The translations under genes and the position numbers were made by a program. From NCBI RefSeq assembly GCF_009914755.1, contig NC_060942.1: a stretch of DNA of 64,000 nt, one strand, 5' to 3'. This stretch comes from the human T2T-CHM13v2.0 reference genome, Homo sapiens. The notes beneath the pieces are model-generated. The model was not told where the DNA came from. It saw only the letters and a list, made by a program, of their open reading frames with translations, and searched no databases. Within the stretch, counting starts at the first letter, position 1; each line of letters opens with the position of its first letter. Positions 27,931-41,418 of the stretch are shown here, in pieces.

Positions 27931-28443
27931 AAACAAAAAAAGTGGTTAAAAGGTATTTAATAACATAAATCCCAAAGGGAATTTTTGTAAGAGATTTAAA
28001 ATTAGGATGGCTCAGGTTAATAGAGTAGTATAAAGAACAGGCCAAAAGTAGAAAACTAGGGCCCATCACAGGGGCTGCTTTAAGTGATCTTAGAAATAAC
28101 TTTACTGTATTTCCAGAAGCACTTTCCCTATTTTGCCTCTGACATACACATCAATGGTGGAAGGAGAGGAGACAGGATGCTGACTGGGAATTAAGGCTTA
28201 CAGAGGAGAGAGTTGGTCTCTAGGAGATTTTATGTGATAGGTTTGGAGATAATCTTTGGTTTCCAAAACAATAACTTTATCCGGCTGATGAGCACATGAA
28301 AGCCAAAGAGTTGATTGTATGACTATCTATATGCCAGTCATTTTACACTGCGACTTTATATTCCTTTTCCATGATGGTTACTATTATCCTACAGACCTAT
28401 TTATTTATTTATTTGTTTATTCTGTCTCCTTATTGGACGATAA

Positions 28444-28688
<245 letters not shown>

Positions 28689-29211
28689 TGACACACAGAA
28701 GGACCTCAATAAACTGTTTTTGCATGATAAATGAATTAATAATGAATTCATTACAAATCTATCATAGAGTCTGACCTCTAGTTTTTGAAGTTTGTTCTTG
28801 ACTTGCCAAGGCTGTTGGTGTGCTCTCAGACTTTAAGTTGCCAACAGACTTAGATGTTGGGGAAGGAAATGAACAGCTCTTAAAACCATAGCCCCTTTGA
28901 TTTTGCTGCCATTATTTAGGAGAGGATGGAAGTGCCACTACCCCACTACATTCTCACTTTGTTCTTCTGACCCAGTAAAAATAGGCATGGGGAAAGATGT
29001 CATCTTTGTGTTCCCTTGTGGTAATAGCATGGCATGTGTCCCACCTGCTGACTTTTTTTTGATACCTGCTTTGCTAACAATGCCTGACTTTTCTGTATAA
29101 TCCCTGACTTTTCTGTATCTCCAACTAGAACAAACCACTTTCTATGTGTACATTTGACTGCTCTGCTCAGTGGACTATAAAAGCATCAAGGTAAAATAGT
29201 TTCCCACTTAA

Positions 29212-29502
29212 TTTTTTTTTTTTTGAGACGGAGTCTCACTCTGTCACCAGGCTGGAGTGCAGTGGTGTGACCTTGGCTCGCTGCAACCTCTGCCTCCTGG
29301 TTCAAGCAATTTTCCTGCCTCAGCCTCCTGAGTAGCTGGGACTACAGGCACACACCACCACACCCAGCTAATTATTGTATTTTTAGTAGAGACGGGGTTT
29401 CACCATGTTGGCCAGGATGGCCTTGATCTCTTGACCTTGTGATCCACCTGCCTAGGCCTCCCAAAGTTCTAGGATTACAGGTGTGAGGCATTGCGCCCAG
29501 CC
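29212..29502 (-). mobile_element. AluSc-like, full length
   Basis: ctgtcaccaggctgg, caggatgg, gatctcttgaccttgtga. Flanking repeat ccactta. Confidence 0.95.
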
Positions 29503-29639
29503 TCCACTTACTTAATTTTTAAAATGAGCCTGTTAGGTAACAATATTAAGCACACCACTATATGTGTGTAATATAATATTTTTATATTGTAATATATTAT
29601 TTGACTTTTACTTGTAATCGTTAGCAACCATTTGTAAAA

Positions 29640-29810
29640 TACCTAATTTGATGCTAGCACTATAGTAAGCAATTTACATGCATTAGCTACTCAATCTTTA
29701 CCATAACCCTATGAGATATATGTTATACCATTTTACAGATGAGAAAAGTGAGTCTATTGCAACCCAGGTGTGACTGATCTCAAAGCAGGTAGAATTCTCT
29801 CCATATTCCA
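29640..29810 (-). mobile_element. MIR SINE
   Basis: tttacatgcattagctactcaatctttaccataaccctatgagat...ccattttacagatgagaaaagtgag. Confidence 0.8.
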
Positions 29811-31269
29811 TGCAAGAATCTTGAAATGCTAAGTATCCTGAGTATTTCACAGTATTTAGAGCTGGGACTAGCATCAACAGTACATAGCAAATAGTCAAGT
29901 CACATTGAGAAGCTTGATTTTCTGAAACACTCATGTTGGCATTCTTAATTTTCATTATCCAACATTACATAGTTACCAGTGTTGCCTTTCATTCATACAC
30001 CAATCGATATCCTAATTGGTCTGCCTCAAACCTGGAAGCAAATTGCCTGGCAAAGGCAGAGGGAGAGCTGCAGATGGATATGTTTAAAAGGGCTGAGTGT
30101 GTAGAGTTGCTGAGCAAAGGAGAGCTCTGCCCCTGTGTCCCCTCCTTGTGTCTCACCTGAAGCTTCATATTTCTGTTGCTGTTCTTCATTCAGCCTCTCA
30201 TTATTTACAGTTGTCCTCTAAGGGAATCAGAGCTCACTCTATTCCATCTTTTTTACTTTTGAATTAATTTTCCTAATTGGTAGAGAGAGGCCATTTGGGA
30301 TACAAAACCACTTTAGTGCCTAGCCGGGAAATTTCTGAAAGCTCTGTCAGTGGAAGGAGTGTCGAGGGACTTGTCCAAGTTGATGTTCAATTCTTTCAGC
30401 TTCTCTAGGTCAGTTCTTTTCTCTCGCATAGCATGTCTTTCATTTATTATATTCTGATGCCATTATAAACTAGCCAAGGGAAAAAGGACAATGTTTAACC
30501 TCTGCTTACATGGACTCACAATGCAGACTGTGCAAAACAAGACTGCAGGGCTAATATCACAGTCAGAGAGTTCAAGAAGCTCTGAAAACCATGGGAACCA
30601 GTGACCTGTTCAAAACTGAACTTTAATTCTACAAGGAAGAGAGAGCAGAGGAGAGAGAACAAGAAAACAGAAAGCAGAAAAGGACAAAGCTTCAAGAGAC
30701 CACCCTGGCCACCTGGTGCCACTTGGGGTCTGGGGTGCTTGATGGCCTCTTAATGTTTTGAAGCACAGCCGGCAGCATGAGGAAGGCGTGAGATACAGGG
30801 CAGCCCCCATGCACTTGGATCCTTTAGTTTCAGCTTCCAGCAGGGAAGTGCTTAATTGCATCCGTGATTGAGATGATCATTTTTATTGTGTTCAGCCCAG
30901 AGTTAAGGAGAGGGGGCCCCTCCTTAGGCAAGTTTTGAATTTCAGGTTATTTGTCATCTCTTAGCCATTATCAATGGTGCTGTTACTGTCATCATCATTA
31001 TCATCAGAAGGGAAGTGTTAAGCCTATAATTACATGTGGCACTGTGCTAAGTGTGATACAGGGAAGCACTTGGTTCTTGCCGGCCAGGTGTGCATAATCA
31101 AAACACACTCTGTGTCAGGGCAGACCAAAAGTACAAGTTTTGCACAGAAAGGAAGATGAAAACACTGAGTAAATAAGCAGGTCTTATGAAGATATAATTG
31201 CCTGGGTTCTGTTTTAGGACTACAAACTATCATCTGGGGACTTATAGTCTATTTAAATACTACCTCTAA

Positions 31270-31460
31270 ACTACTGCTATGCTCCTGGCACAGCCCTAAG
31301 TACTTTATATGAATCTTATTTAATCCTTGCAACAGCCTTATATGACAAATGCTATGACTATCGCTAACCTACTTACCAGGTGGCAATGTTAAGGACACAC
31401 TACTAGTAAGAAGCAGAACAAAGATGCTGAGCCAGTCTATCTGACCACAGGGTCCATGGC
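31270..31460 (-). mobile_element. MIR SINE
   Basis: ctatgctcctggcacagccctaagtactttata...tcttatttaatccttgcaacagcc. Confidence 0.7.
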
Positions 31461-32535
31461 AATGATAATTGCATTAAAAGCCTCTCAGAGCCACTGCAAA
31501 CTTTCATAGCAAATACATTTTCATAGCAAATACACTTTGGGGCCAGACTTTGAGTGCATTTCATTATTTGAAAATTTCGATGAACATTGTGTTAATGATC
31601 ATATAAAACTCAGCCAAACAGACAAAGCAACAAGAGAGCAAGAAAGAATGAAGCAATTTATTTAGGGTAGTAGAACTTTTGAAGTTAGCTCTGTAATACT
31701 TTTTAAATGCTGTAATGTTATAAAAAGAAAGAAACACAGAACATAGGTAGAAGGGCATACTGAACTGGGAAGGAACTGCTATATTGGGAAAAAGAACAAC
31801 ATTATCTGAAGGATGAGTGAGTGAGTTGAGAGGCTGAAATAATTTGGATAAGCATCTCATCCATTTGAATTCTGATTATTTATAGGCACACTCATCCCTA
31901 ATCCTAATGTTGGATTACTGACTATTAGGTTCTGATTATTCCATTAAAAGGATTCAATGATTGCATGTTAATTAAGGATTCTTCCAAGTTGATACTAATA
32001 TACCGATAATTCTATCCTCTCTCTCTCTCTGACAATTTACTTTGAGATTCCATTTATTTAAAAGAGAAATGTTACGGATATAAAAGATGTTGTCTTTGAT
32101 AGTCAAAATGAACTTACTAATTTGTTTGTTTAGTTTTCTGTTGGTTTGCTGTAGAAGTTGGACAGTTCCAGCTTCTCTCCAAGGAGTATGTATCTTATCC
32201 ACATTGAATTCCTTATTCCATCTAAGATATGATCGCTACATAGGAGGAAATGCTGGATAATGGAAGGATTATTGGACTAGCAGTTAGGAGTACTGGATTC
32301 TAGCCTCTCTTTGCTACATCTACAAAAGCAATTACAGAAAGTCCCTCAATCTCCTTAGGTTTATTTTGTTATTTCTAAAGAATCTAGTTGGGTTATACCA
32401 ATGATTCTCAAAACTCACTGTGGATTAGAATTACTCAGAAAACATTTTTATCATGTATATATAAAATATATATATATATCTGCTATCAGCAAACAATCCT
32501 GCATAAAAAATAAAAAAAAACACTACATTTTTTCT

Positions 32536-32851
32536 TTTCTTTTTTTTTTTTTATTGTTGTTTTTGAGACCAAGTGTCACTTTATTGCCCAGGCTGGAGTG
32601 CCGTGGCATGATATCAGCTCACTGCAACCTCCACCTCCTGGGGTCAAGTGATTCTTGTGCCTCAGCCTCTTGAGTAGCTGAAATTACAGGCACCTGCCAC
32701 CACACCCAGCTAATTTTTTAAATATATTTTTAGTAGAGACAGGGTTTTACCATGTTGGCCAGGCTGGTCTCAAGCTCCTTACCTCAAGTCATCCGCCTGC
32801 CTCAGCCTCCCAATATGCTGGGATTACAGGAATGTGCCACCACGCCCGGCC
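32536..32851 (-). mobile_element. AluS (Sz/Sx-like), full length
   Basis: Full antisense dimer. TSD core cactacattttttct at 32521-32535 and 32854-32868. Confidence 0.96.
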
Positions 32852-33109
32852 AGCACTACATTTTTTCTGAGGCTGACTTCCGAGGGCTGCTGGGAATCCC
32901 TGCAGTCCTTTAGCCCCAACTAAAACGGCACTCCTAAAAGTGAATTGGGTTAGGCCAGTATGTTGGCTGTGCTTAGGGTTCTTGGCCATTCATACAGAGC
33001 CTTAATGTGTCATCAATCTACCATCCTCTTCCCACCCCTGTCACCCACTGACATTCCATACTGATTCCTTCTTGAAGGAGCTGTCTTTTCTGGATTAGTT
33101 CATACATGC

Positions 33110-33275
33110 AGGAGAAGGAGTTCTGGCTTAGAATTCAGGCTATCTGAGTTCTCCTTCTATCTGAGTTCTGTGAACTCAGGTTAGGCCTGAGTTCACAGGC
33201 CCTAACCAGGTCTGTGATCTCAGCATACAACTTACCCTTCAGTGCCTCTGTTTCCTCATCTGTAAAAAGAAGGAA
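33110..33275 (+). mobile_element. MIR SINE containing an internal fold-back insertion
   Basis: MIR core gtgcctctgtttcctcatctgtaaaa at about 33242-33268 and MIR-like head at about 33110-33160. Confidence 0.65.
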
Positions 33276-35029
33276 TCCTTTCTTGCTCTTCAACTCTATG
33301 ATCCCTGCTCAGACCTTGGGAGCCACTGCAGTGTTCAGCTGCTCTCAGTTTACTGTTTTCTGACTCATTCCTCTGCAGGGGCCCTTGCAAGGCCCTGGCC
33401 TGCCTGCCCCATACCCTCAGGCTATGTCTGACTGCTGCAGAGCAGCGAGATCCCAGGGGGCTCCTCTTTTCTTTCCTTCTTTGCGTATGGAACAAGTAAT
33501 CTGGCACGTTGGCGGTTTTCTGGGCAACAGAAAATCGCAGGATTGTTCCCTGATAGCAGGGCTTTTCTGGGCAACACAATTCTGAAACTGTCCTCTTGCT
33601 CACTTGTCAACCCATGACGGACAGTAAAGGGAAGAGGAGGGCCTTTGACTTCACTGGTGGGCAGGGGAGGAAGCTCTTGAAGACATAAAGGGATGTGACT
33701 GTGGCAGCTGCTCTGCTTGTTGAAACCTTGGTATTCTTACATGTGGCTTGTGATTGAGGTTCTGACTCTTGTACTTGGCATGGTCTTTTGTGTGATAGAT
33801 GGTGAATATAAGTAAGTCTGATGCCTAATTAAGAACACCATACAATTACCCATGTCCATACAGATGATGTGGCTGTCAAGAAAAGGCTTCACCTGGAAGA
33901 GGGATGAAGATAGGATTTTATACTGGACTGTCGTGGAAAAATATCAGCATCTTCCGTTTAACTCCATGAGCCTCATAAAGACTATGTCCTAGCTCCCTGT
34001 AGTCCTCCTTATTTATGCATATGATTTGACTTTCCTTCAGTTTCTCTGAGCATTCTACTATTTCAGTGATAGGTAACCATTTTTTCATCTTGAAACTGTT
34101 CTAAAATTTGCACTTTTTGATTGTTCTTTAAAGATGGCCCTGAGGCATTAAAAACAGGGAAGAGGATGGGCTCACAGATGGGAGGCTAAATGGAATTACA
34201 AGTGACCAAGAACCAAAATATTATACTACTCCCCTCGCCCCTCCTGCCTGCCAAGTATGATCTGCCTATTCATCTGTGTCCAGTAAAGTGTAGCAAGTAT
34301 CAGACCACATGAATGAATCCTCTCCCTGCTGAGAACTGACCGCAAGAGGGCTCCTGGGAACAGAAGTCCACTGAGCTTCTGCAGATTGACCGAGAGTTGT
34401 CTAGATTTGTAAACAGGATGAGGAAGAGACTATTCCACAACCTTTGGTGCAGAGGGGAATGTGATATTTAGTAGAACAAGGCCCATAAAGCTAAATAAAA
34501 GTGTTTTATTTTAGGTCATTAAACTGTATGTCATATAACCTTTAAAACAGCATGCATTATAAATCAGCAGCTCAGGTTTATAGGGTAGCTTATCATTCAT
34601 TTAACAGGCATAGTGATAGTACTTGAGGCTCGGGCCACTCCTTACCTCTTTCTAAATTAAGAGAATTTCTAAATTTCTTTTTTTTTTTTTTTTTTTTTCC
34701 AAAAAAAGGAAGCTCATTCTTTATGGGCTTCTGCTACCCCCAGCCCAGTGTTCAGCCACAATGTTTCTCACTGTGGCAGCAGATACTAACATTCAGATGC
34801 TCAGAAAACACAAGCAGTGAACAGTCATCCAGAGAGTACAGGTGGTCTCTAAGGGAGAACTTTGAGAGCCTCAAAACTACCTTTATATGTAATGGACAAA
34901 CATATTACATGTCTCCAGCGGACTTTTAACCCAGAATACCACCCATCTTAGGGTTTCGCTGGTGCTGTTCTTCCACAGATAAAATACTTAAAAGACATAT
35001 TTATTTAACTGTCTTTGCAGAAACATGAG

Positions 35030-35460
35030 ATGATGTAAATGGTTGCCAAATCAAAGAAGCAGTACCCAAAAGTACATTCTGCATGAGTCCACATACATAA
35101 AATTCAAAAACAGGCAGAACTTTTAGTGCCACTGAAAGATACATTTAAAAATGGTTAAAATTGTAAATTTTATAGTATGTCTATTTTACCTCACACACAA
35201 AAGAACAAAAAACCAAACGCCTGAAACCAAAACCTCAGCACAGTTAATCTAATGAGTGACAGCTCAGGAGATTAGCTGCCATTGGGATTATCAATGACTG
35301 CAAGGAGGCATGAGTGGGACTTCTGGATACACAGAAGTTTCTGTTTGTCATCTGAATGTTGGCCGTACAGCTGGCTCACTTTGGCAAGATTTATTGAGCT
35401 GTATGCTATGGCAAGCTTACTTTTCTAGGTAAGTGTTTTGCTTCAGGAAGACATTTATCA
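35030..35460 (+). mobile_element. L1ME3-like 3' end with a short nested L1MB-type 3' tip (about 35121-35200)
   Basis: aagtacattctgcatgagtccacatacataaaattcaaaaacaggc; gccactgaa...tttaaaaatggttaaaattgtaaattttatagtatg; atttattgagctgtat. Confidence 0.7.
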
Positions 35461-35695
35461 GAAAGTAAGAAGGTGCTAAAAAAAATTAGTTGATTTGATT
35501 TAATTTGACTGGGGTATTGGTCACAAGTATGAAAATTCATTCTATTCTTCAGGTGCCACAGGTATTTGGGCAGAGATAATTGAATAAAATTATGTCAGTG
35601 AATAGTATTTCTATTTTTTTCCTTGCAAAAATCAAATTTGGTTTAAGGATGACAGGGCAAGGTTTTGTCTGCATTTAGACCACAGCATTGCCACC

Positions 35696-35743
35696 CTTTG
35701 AAGTTGCCTTATTTCTTTGAAGCTGCCTTATTTCTTTGAAGCT
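35696..35743. repeat. 19-bp tandem repeat, 2.5 copies (ctttgaagYtgccttattt)
   Basis: Directly visible. Confidence 0.9.
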
Positions 35744-36126
35744 CTGAAAGCACGTGGTATCTGCAACAATATAGAGAGGGCTAGTCTAATGGTCTGCTCT
35801 TAGTTACATGGCACGTAGGTTGTTTTCCTTAAAAGCCCTGCCTCCGTGTGGCTCTGTGGGATAGTGAGCTTCCTGTCATCTACTGGAGGCCAGAGAATAA
35901 TCTAGAAGGGATGCTCTGCAGAGGCTGCTTATATCGCAGAGACGTTGAACAAAATTATCTACAATGTCCCATGTAATTCCAAGATTCTGTTTCTACCATT
36001 CTCTAGGCGTTTATAGACAATGTTTATTAAATATGGGCCCTCATCTCTGTGTCAGTTTCTTCTTCGGTAACTTTGTGAAGGCAAGTCCTAAAGGTTAAAG
36101 AAAAATAGCAATCCTTTTAGGACACT

Positions 36127-36575
36127 TGTATTGGTCTTTTAAGGCATTTCACAAATTGGATGGCTTAAAACAAGAGAAATGTATTCTCTCACAGCTGTGG
36201 AGACCTCAAGTGTGAAATCAAGATGTCAGCAGGTCCATTTTCCCTCTGAAAACTCAGGGAAGAATCCCTCCTTGTCTCTTACAGCTCCTGATGGCCCCAG
36301 CCACCCTTAGGACTCCTTGGCTTGTAGCTGCATCACTCCAACCTCTGCCTCTGTGGCCTTCTTCCCTGCATGTCTGTGTGTCTCTGTGTCCTTTCTTCCT
36401 CCTACAGGTACACTAGTCATTGGATTTAGGGCCTACCCTAAACACAGGATGATTTCATCCTTTCATCCTGAGATCCTTAATTATGTTTGTGAAGACCTTA
36501 TCTCTAAATAACATCACAGTCTGAGGTTCCAGGAGGATATAATTTGGGGGATGACAGTGTATTCAAACTATTGCC
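36127..36575 (-). mobile_element. MaLR solo LTR, MLT1C-like
   Basis: tggcttaaaacaagagaaatgtattctctcacag...ccttggcttgtagctgcatcactccaacctctgcctc...tcattggatttagggcc. Confidence 0.9.
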
Positions 36576-36721
36576 AACACCTTCTTGGAAAGAAAAAGAA
36601 AAAAAATCAACATTAAAAACCTGTAGGATATCCAATAAATGCAAAGTGAGTGTTGAGAGAATAAAGCGTTGAGTCCACTCTCAGGAAGGGTGAGGGCTCC
36701 GACGGGGAGGTTATCCACACG

Positions 36722-37295
36722 TCCATTCGTTCAGTGAATTATTACTGGGCCCTGAGCTATACCAGGCACTCTGTTAGGTACTGAGTGTAGAGCAGCAAAA
36801 TAAAGAAACAGAGACCATCCTCATGGCACTTATGGTCCAGCGGGGGAGATCAATATTAATCTAAGGAACAAAAAAAAAAAAAGATCACTGCAAATTATTG
36901 AAAAATACAGTGCGGCATATCATTAGAGAGAATTATATTGAGAAGAGGCCCAGCTTTTGATGTGGGGTCTGTCAGAAAAGTTTTCTCAGAGGAAATCATA
37001 TTTAAGCTGAAACCAGAGGATGAGTAGGAGTTAGCCAGGTACCGACTGGAGAATAACACTCCAGGTAGGCAGAGTGGTGAGTTCAAGGGGCGGGATGGAG
37101 GTCGCTGTGGCTAGGATACAGTGAGCAAGGCCCGGCAGGGCATGGGATAAGGAGTGGGTGCCTGGAGCCTCATGAACCCCTGGCAGTTCACAGTCAGGAT
37201 TTGGGGGTCCCTTCAACAAGAAGACCCAGAAAGTTAGAAGAAGAGGAATGGCAAGCTCTGAATTCTATTTTAAGATGACTCTCCTGCTTGATGTG
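36722..37295 (-). mobile_element. L2a 3' end
   Basis: cattcgttcag...ccaggcactctgttaggtactgag...cctcatggcacttatggtccag...tttaagctgaaaccagaggatgagtaggagttagccagg...ttttaagatgactctcctgct. Confidence 0.85.
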
Positions 37296-39002
37296 GAGAA
37301 AGGAGGGACCAAAAAGTGACCCCAGCAGGCTAGGTATGATACGGTGGCGCAGGCAGCTGGAGCAGAGACCCTGGTGCCAGGAACCATTAGAAACATATTC
37401 CTGCTACTGCAGCCAGTCAGCTGACCAGTGTATTTCCTAGGCTGAGAGGCAAGCATGGCTCAATAGAGATCTGTAGAGCTCCATCATCCATATGGAATTG
37501 ACTTTCAAAATGATGAAATAGAACTAATTTTCAAGTAGCTCTTATCTAAAACTAACAAAGGGGGTTTTACTTGAGTTCTATGAGCGCTCTATGCTCATTT
37601 GTTGTTAAATTTTTGAAATTATTTTCTGGTTTGGAATGTAGATCCAGAATTTGATATATGCAGATGAGCATGTGCTAACATGGCCGTGGTGTTAGCTAGT
37701 TAAGATCCGGAAGTGCTATCACACAGGATGGGAAGGGCCTCCTAGAGAAGTGAGAGTCTCTCAGACCTAGAAATACTGGCACATGATACCTCTGAACCCA
37801 CGGAGTACCCAGTATACACCACCAGGAAGCTGTGTGGCACACTGTTTTTAAATCTCAATTGAAGCAGTCTTGGACAACAACCTTTGTTTTCTATCTAGGG
37901 AGGATCTAGACTTTAGGTGAATGAAGGGGAGATGAAAGGTGAGAAATTTAAGGAAAGGTGTGTTCTAATTATGAAAATAACTTGTATGACCATTTAACTT
38001 GTGACACAGAGCTCTTCCTGTGTGGTTACCAATTCTGTACTTGCAGGTACAAGTCTGTTTGATGTACTAGGTGCACATGGGACCCCTTCCTCGGGATTTC
38101 TTAACATGCTGCTGTTTCCTACTCCTTGTGTCATTGGCTGGGAGAATGTTCACAACAGACTCTGGCAAATGAGTTCATCCTCCTTGCAGATAATCACCTT
38201 ATAGAAGAATCACATTGTCTTCCCAGCCGAAGCCCTCTTGTCTGAAGGATACCTAGTGTTACGTGCGTGTGTACCATTCCAACCTCAGTTCCTCCCCATC
38301 CCCTTAAAAAGATGTGCAGTGTATGATCCCTACAGATAATGTAGGAAAAATCTGGGTTTGAGAGGTGGGCTGGGGCAGAGAAGGCCTTAGCAGAGGGCCT
38401 CAGTGCCCATCTGCTTAGTATTATCCACATGAGTAAGTTGTTTCCATTGAAATCAACAGGACCGTATGGCAATGTTCGAATCTGAAATTATTTCCAATGG
38501 ATTCCTGTGTAGTTACAACTCTATACTTGCAATCTTTGTGATTTCAATTTGGAAAGTCATTCAAGTGAGTAATTTAATGTTGGGCTGTTCCTTCTGTTTT
38601 CCCTTCAAGCTCAAAAAATTCTCAAAATAATGATATTATAAGCAAACTTTGACTGTGCCTAACAGGACAGTGAGGGGTTACAGTTCTGTTTGTTCCAAAT
38701 ATAAACTATCAGGTCAGATTTGACTTTATCAACTAGGCACTGGGTTTTATGAAGACAAATCCGACTTGTGTGAAGCCAACTTTTAACTCCTAGATAATAT
38801 CTTACCTAGAAAGAGATAATCTGATTTATCTTCCAATGTACAATGGGCCTTTTTCCTAAGGCACAGTGAGGAGGACTTCACTAAGGCACATATCACAACA
38901 TTTCTCCTCTTTCATGCCCCTTAAGCCCCCTAATTTTTCTCTAAAGATGATGGTCTCTTGGTTACAGAGGTACCCCAAATCACTTTTTTAAAGTAAGTAA
39001 AT

Positions 39003-39320
<318 letters not shown>

Positions 39321-39399
39321 TAAAGTAGGTAAAATGCACATTGCATTCATGTCTATGACAATTGTGGGTGCACATGGATTAAAGAGCTCTAGAATTCTA

Positions 39400-40480
39400 A
39401 AAGGCTTGCTACAAAACATCATTCCCTTGCTGTTCCACTTCCAGTCTACTCCCCCTCCCAAAAGGAACCACTCTGAATTTCAATACAAGTTTATTAGGGA
39501 ATTGTGCTCTATATCTCTAAGGAACATGCTTATATTGTTCCTTTTTAAACTTTTTTCCAGCTTAGGCTTTATCTGCTAACTTCCATCTGTGGCAGAGATA
39601 GAGATGGCTTCCTTTCCTACCTTTCACCATTCACCTCCACCCTCAATACTCCTTCTCATCCTCAGACTCCCAGTAAAGTTATATCTTAATTTGTTTAGAT
39701 CAATATTCAGTGTTCTCACTACTGAGTTAGAACATACTATGGTTATTATTTATGTAGTATAATTTCCACTCTCCCAACCCCCACTCCAGAATTCATAATT
39801 ATCTTGTGCTTTGTTTTCATAGCTTTAACATACTTAAGTCTTCATCATCTGCCTATTCGATTGGTGCAAAAGTAATGGCGGTTTTTGCAATAATAAATGT
39901 CCTCCCAATTGTTCAGACGCATCTGTCCATTTCTTCTTTTTGAGGAACTCTCAGAGACTCCTGACCTGCCCTCACCTGGATGGGTTGGCTGCTACACACT
40001 GAGCAGTGCAGTCACTAAGGGTCTCCTTTCACCACCATTTTGAGGATTTCCTGTACTTCCCTTTCTTACTGCTTTACCAACTTCCTGACTCTCCTGTCTG
40101 CTGTATTCCCTCCTTTTGGTGGGTTATATTTTTCAGTAGCTTCTTGAGAAAGGATTCATGGGAGCTAAAATTAAAATTTTATGTGTTAGAAAATGTTTTG
40201 GTTCCATTTTCTCACCTAATTTGTAGTTTGGTTAGGTATGCAACTCTAGGTAAGGAAATGTTTTCTTCCAGAATTTGAGAGCACAGCTCTATTGTCCTCT
40301 AGCTTCCAAGGCTGCTTTTGACAAAGTCTGATGAATTCTGGTAGCTAATCCTATTAGATTAGCTATCGCTACCCCTCCCTCCCTTTCTCTCACTCTCCGG
40401 AAATTCATAGGATGTTCTCTTTTGTCTGCAGTGATCTGAACTCTCCTTATATTGTTTGTTTGTCTTTTTGCTCTAATTCT
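39400..40480 (-). mobile_element. HAL1 (half-L1) fragment
   Basis: tcttgagaaaggattcatgggag...gaaaatgtttt...tagtttggttaggtatgcaactctagg...ctctattgtcctctagcttcca, matching HAL1 as recalled. Confidence 0.65.
39856..39893 (+). mobile_element. MADE1 / Hsmar1 single terminal inverted repeat remnant
   Basis: ttggtgcaaaagtaatggcggtttttgc, flanked by TA at 39854-39855 and 39894-39895. Confidence 0.8.
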
Positions 40481-41418
40481 TAGGCTGTGTCTTTATATTC
40501 AAGTGAAATATTTCTATTGGCAGTAAATAATAATAAAAATATTCCAAAATGCAGCCGTAATAAATTAGACACAGAATTCAACACAAAAACCATTCAGACG
40601 CTTTACTGGTGATCCTGCCATTAAGGATGACACGAACCCTGTCTGTTGTTGCCTACTAGGATAATTATTGCAGATCAGTGAGGAGCCAGAACACCAAGGC
40701 ATTGTAGAACGCCAACAGTAGGCTAGAATGTAAAGGAGGAAAACCTAGAAAAGAGCAGGTTTGGCTTCAGCAGTCCCTCAGACCTAATTACCATTCCCAA
40801 AGGGACACGAACACCATATTTAAAGCATTCATCTAACTTACAGAGGGTGAGGCTTGGCTGTGGGAGGGCCCTGCAGCCAGCATACCTGAGGTCAGATGAA
40901 TCACTTAGCATGGCTTTGGAGTGTTCTGTCTGAGGCTGGAGTCAGGCTCATAAGGGCTTCTTTGCATTTTAGGGGCCCAGCCAAGTAGACTAATGCAAGG
41001 AAGTCTTTATATCCCAGAGTAAGGAATTGTGGCATAAATCAAGAAGGCAATGCTGAAAACCCAAATTACACAGATGAAATGAACCAGAGAGGTAAGGGCA
41101 AAGGCGAGCCCAAGCTGACCCTCAGGCATCCTAAGTGCTTGATCGGAGACGACATGATTCATACCTAACCCCACCAGCTGTGAGCCACTCATAAACAACC
41201 AGTCTGTCAACACTGTCTCAGAAGTGGGAAGAGTTGATTCTGCAAGCTGAAACTCTTCAAAGGTACAGATGAGTATCCTGAGAAGAGGCAGAAAGGGGCA
41301 ATAGTGAGTATTTCAGACCTCTAGAGACCATCCATCACTTTCACCACCAGATATCAACTTTATTTTACCTTTCATGGATCCTGTTCTCTTGTTTTCATAG
41401 ATCTTCCTCTCATACCTT

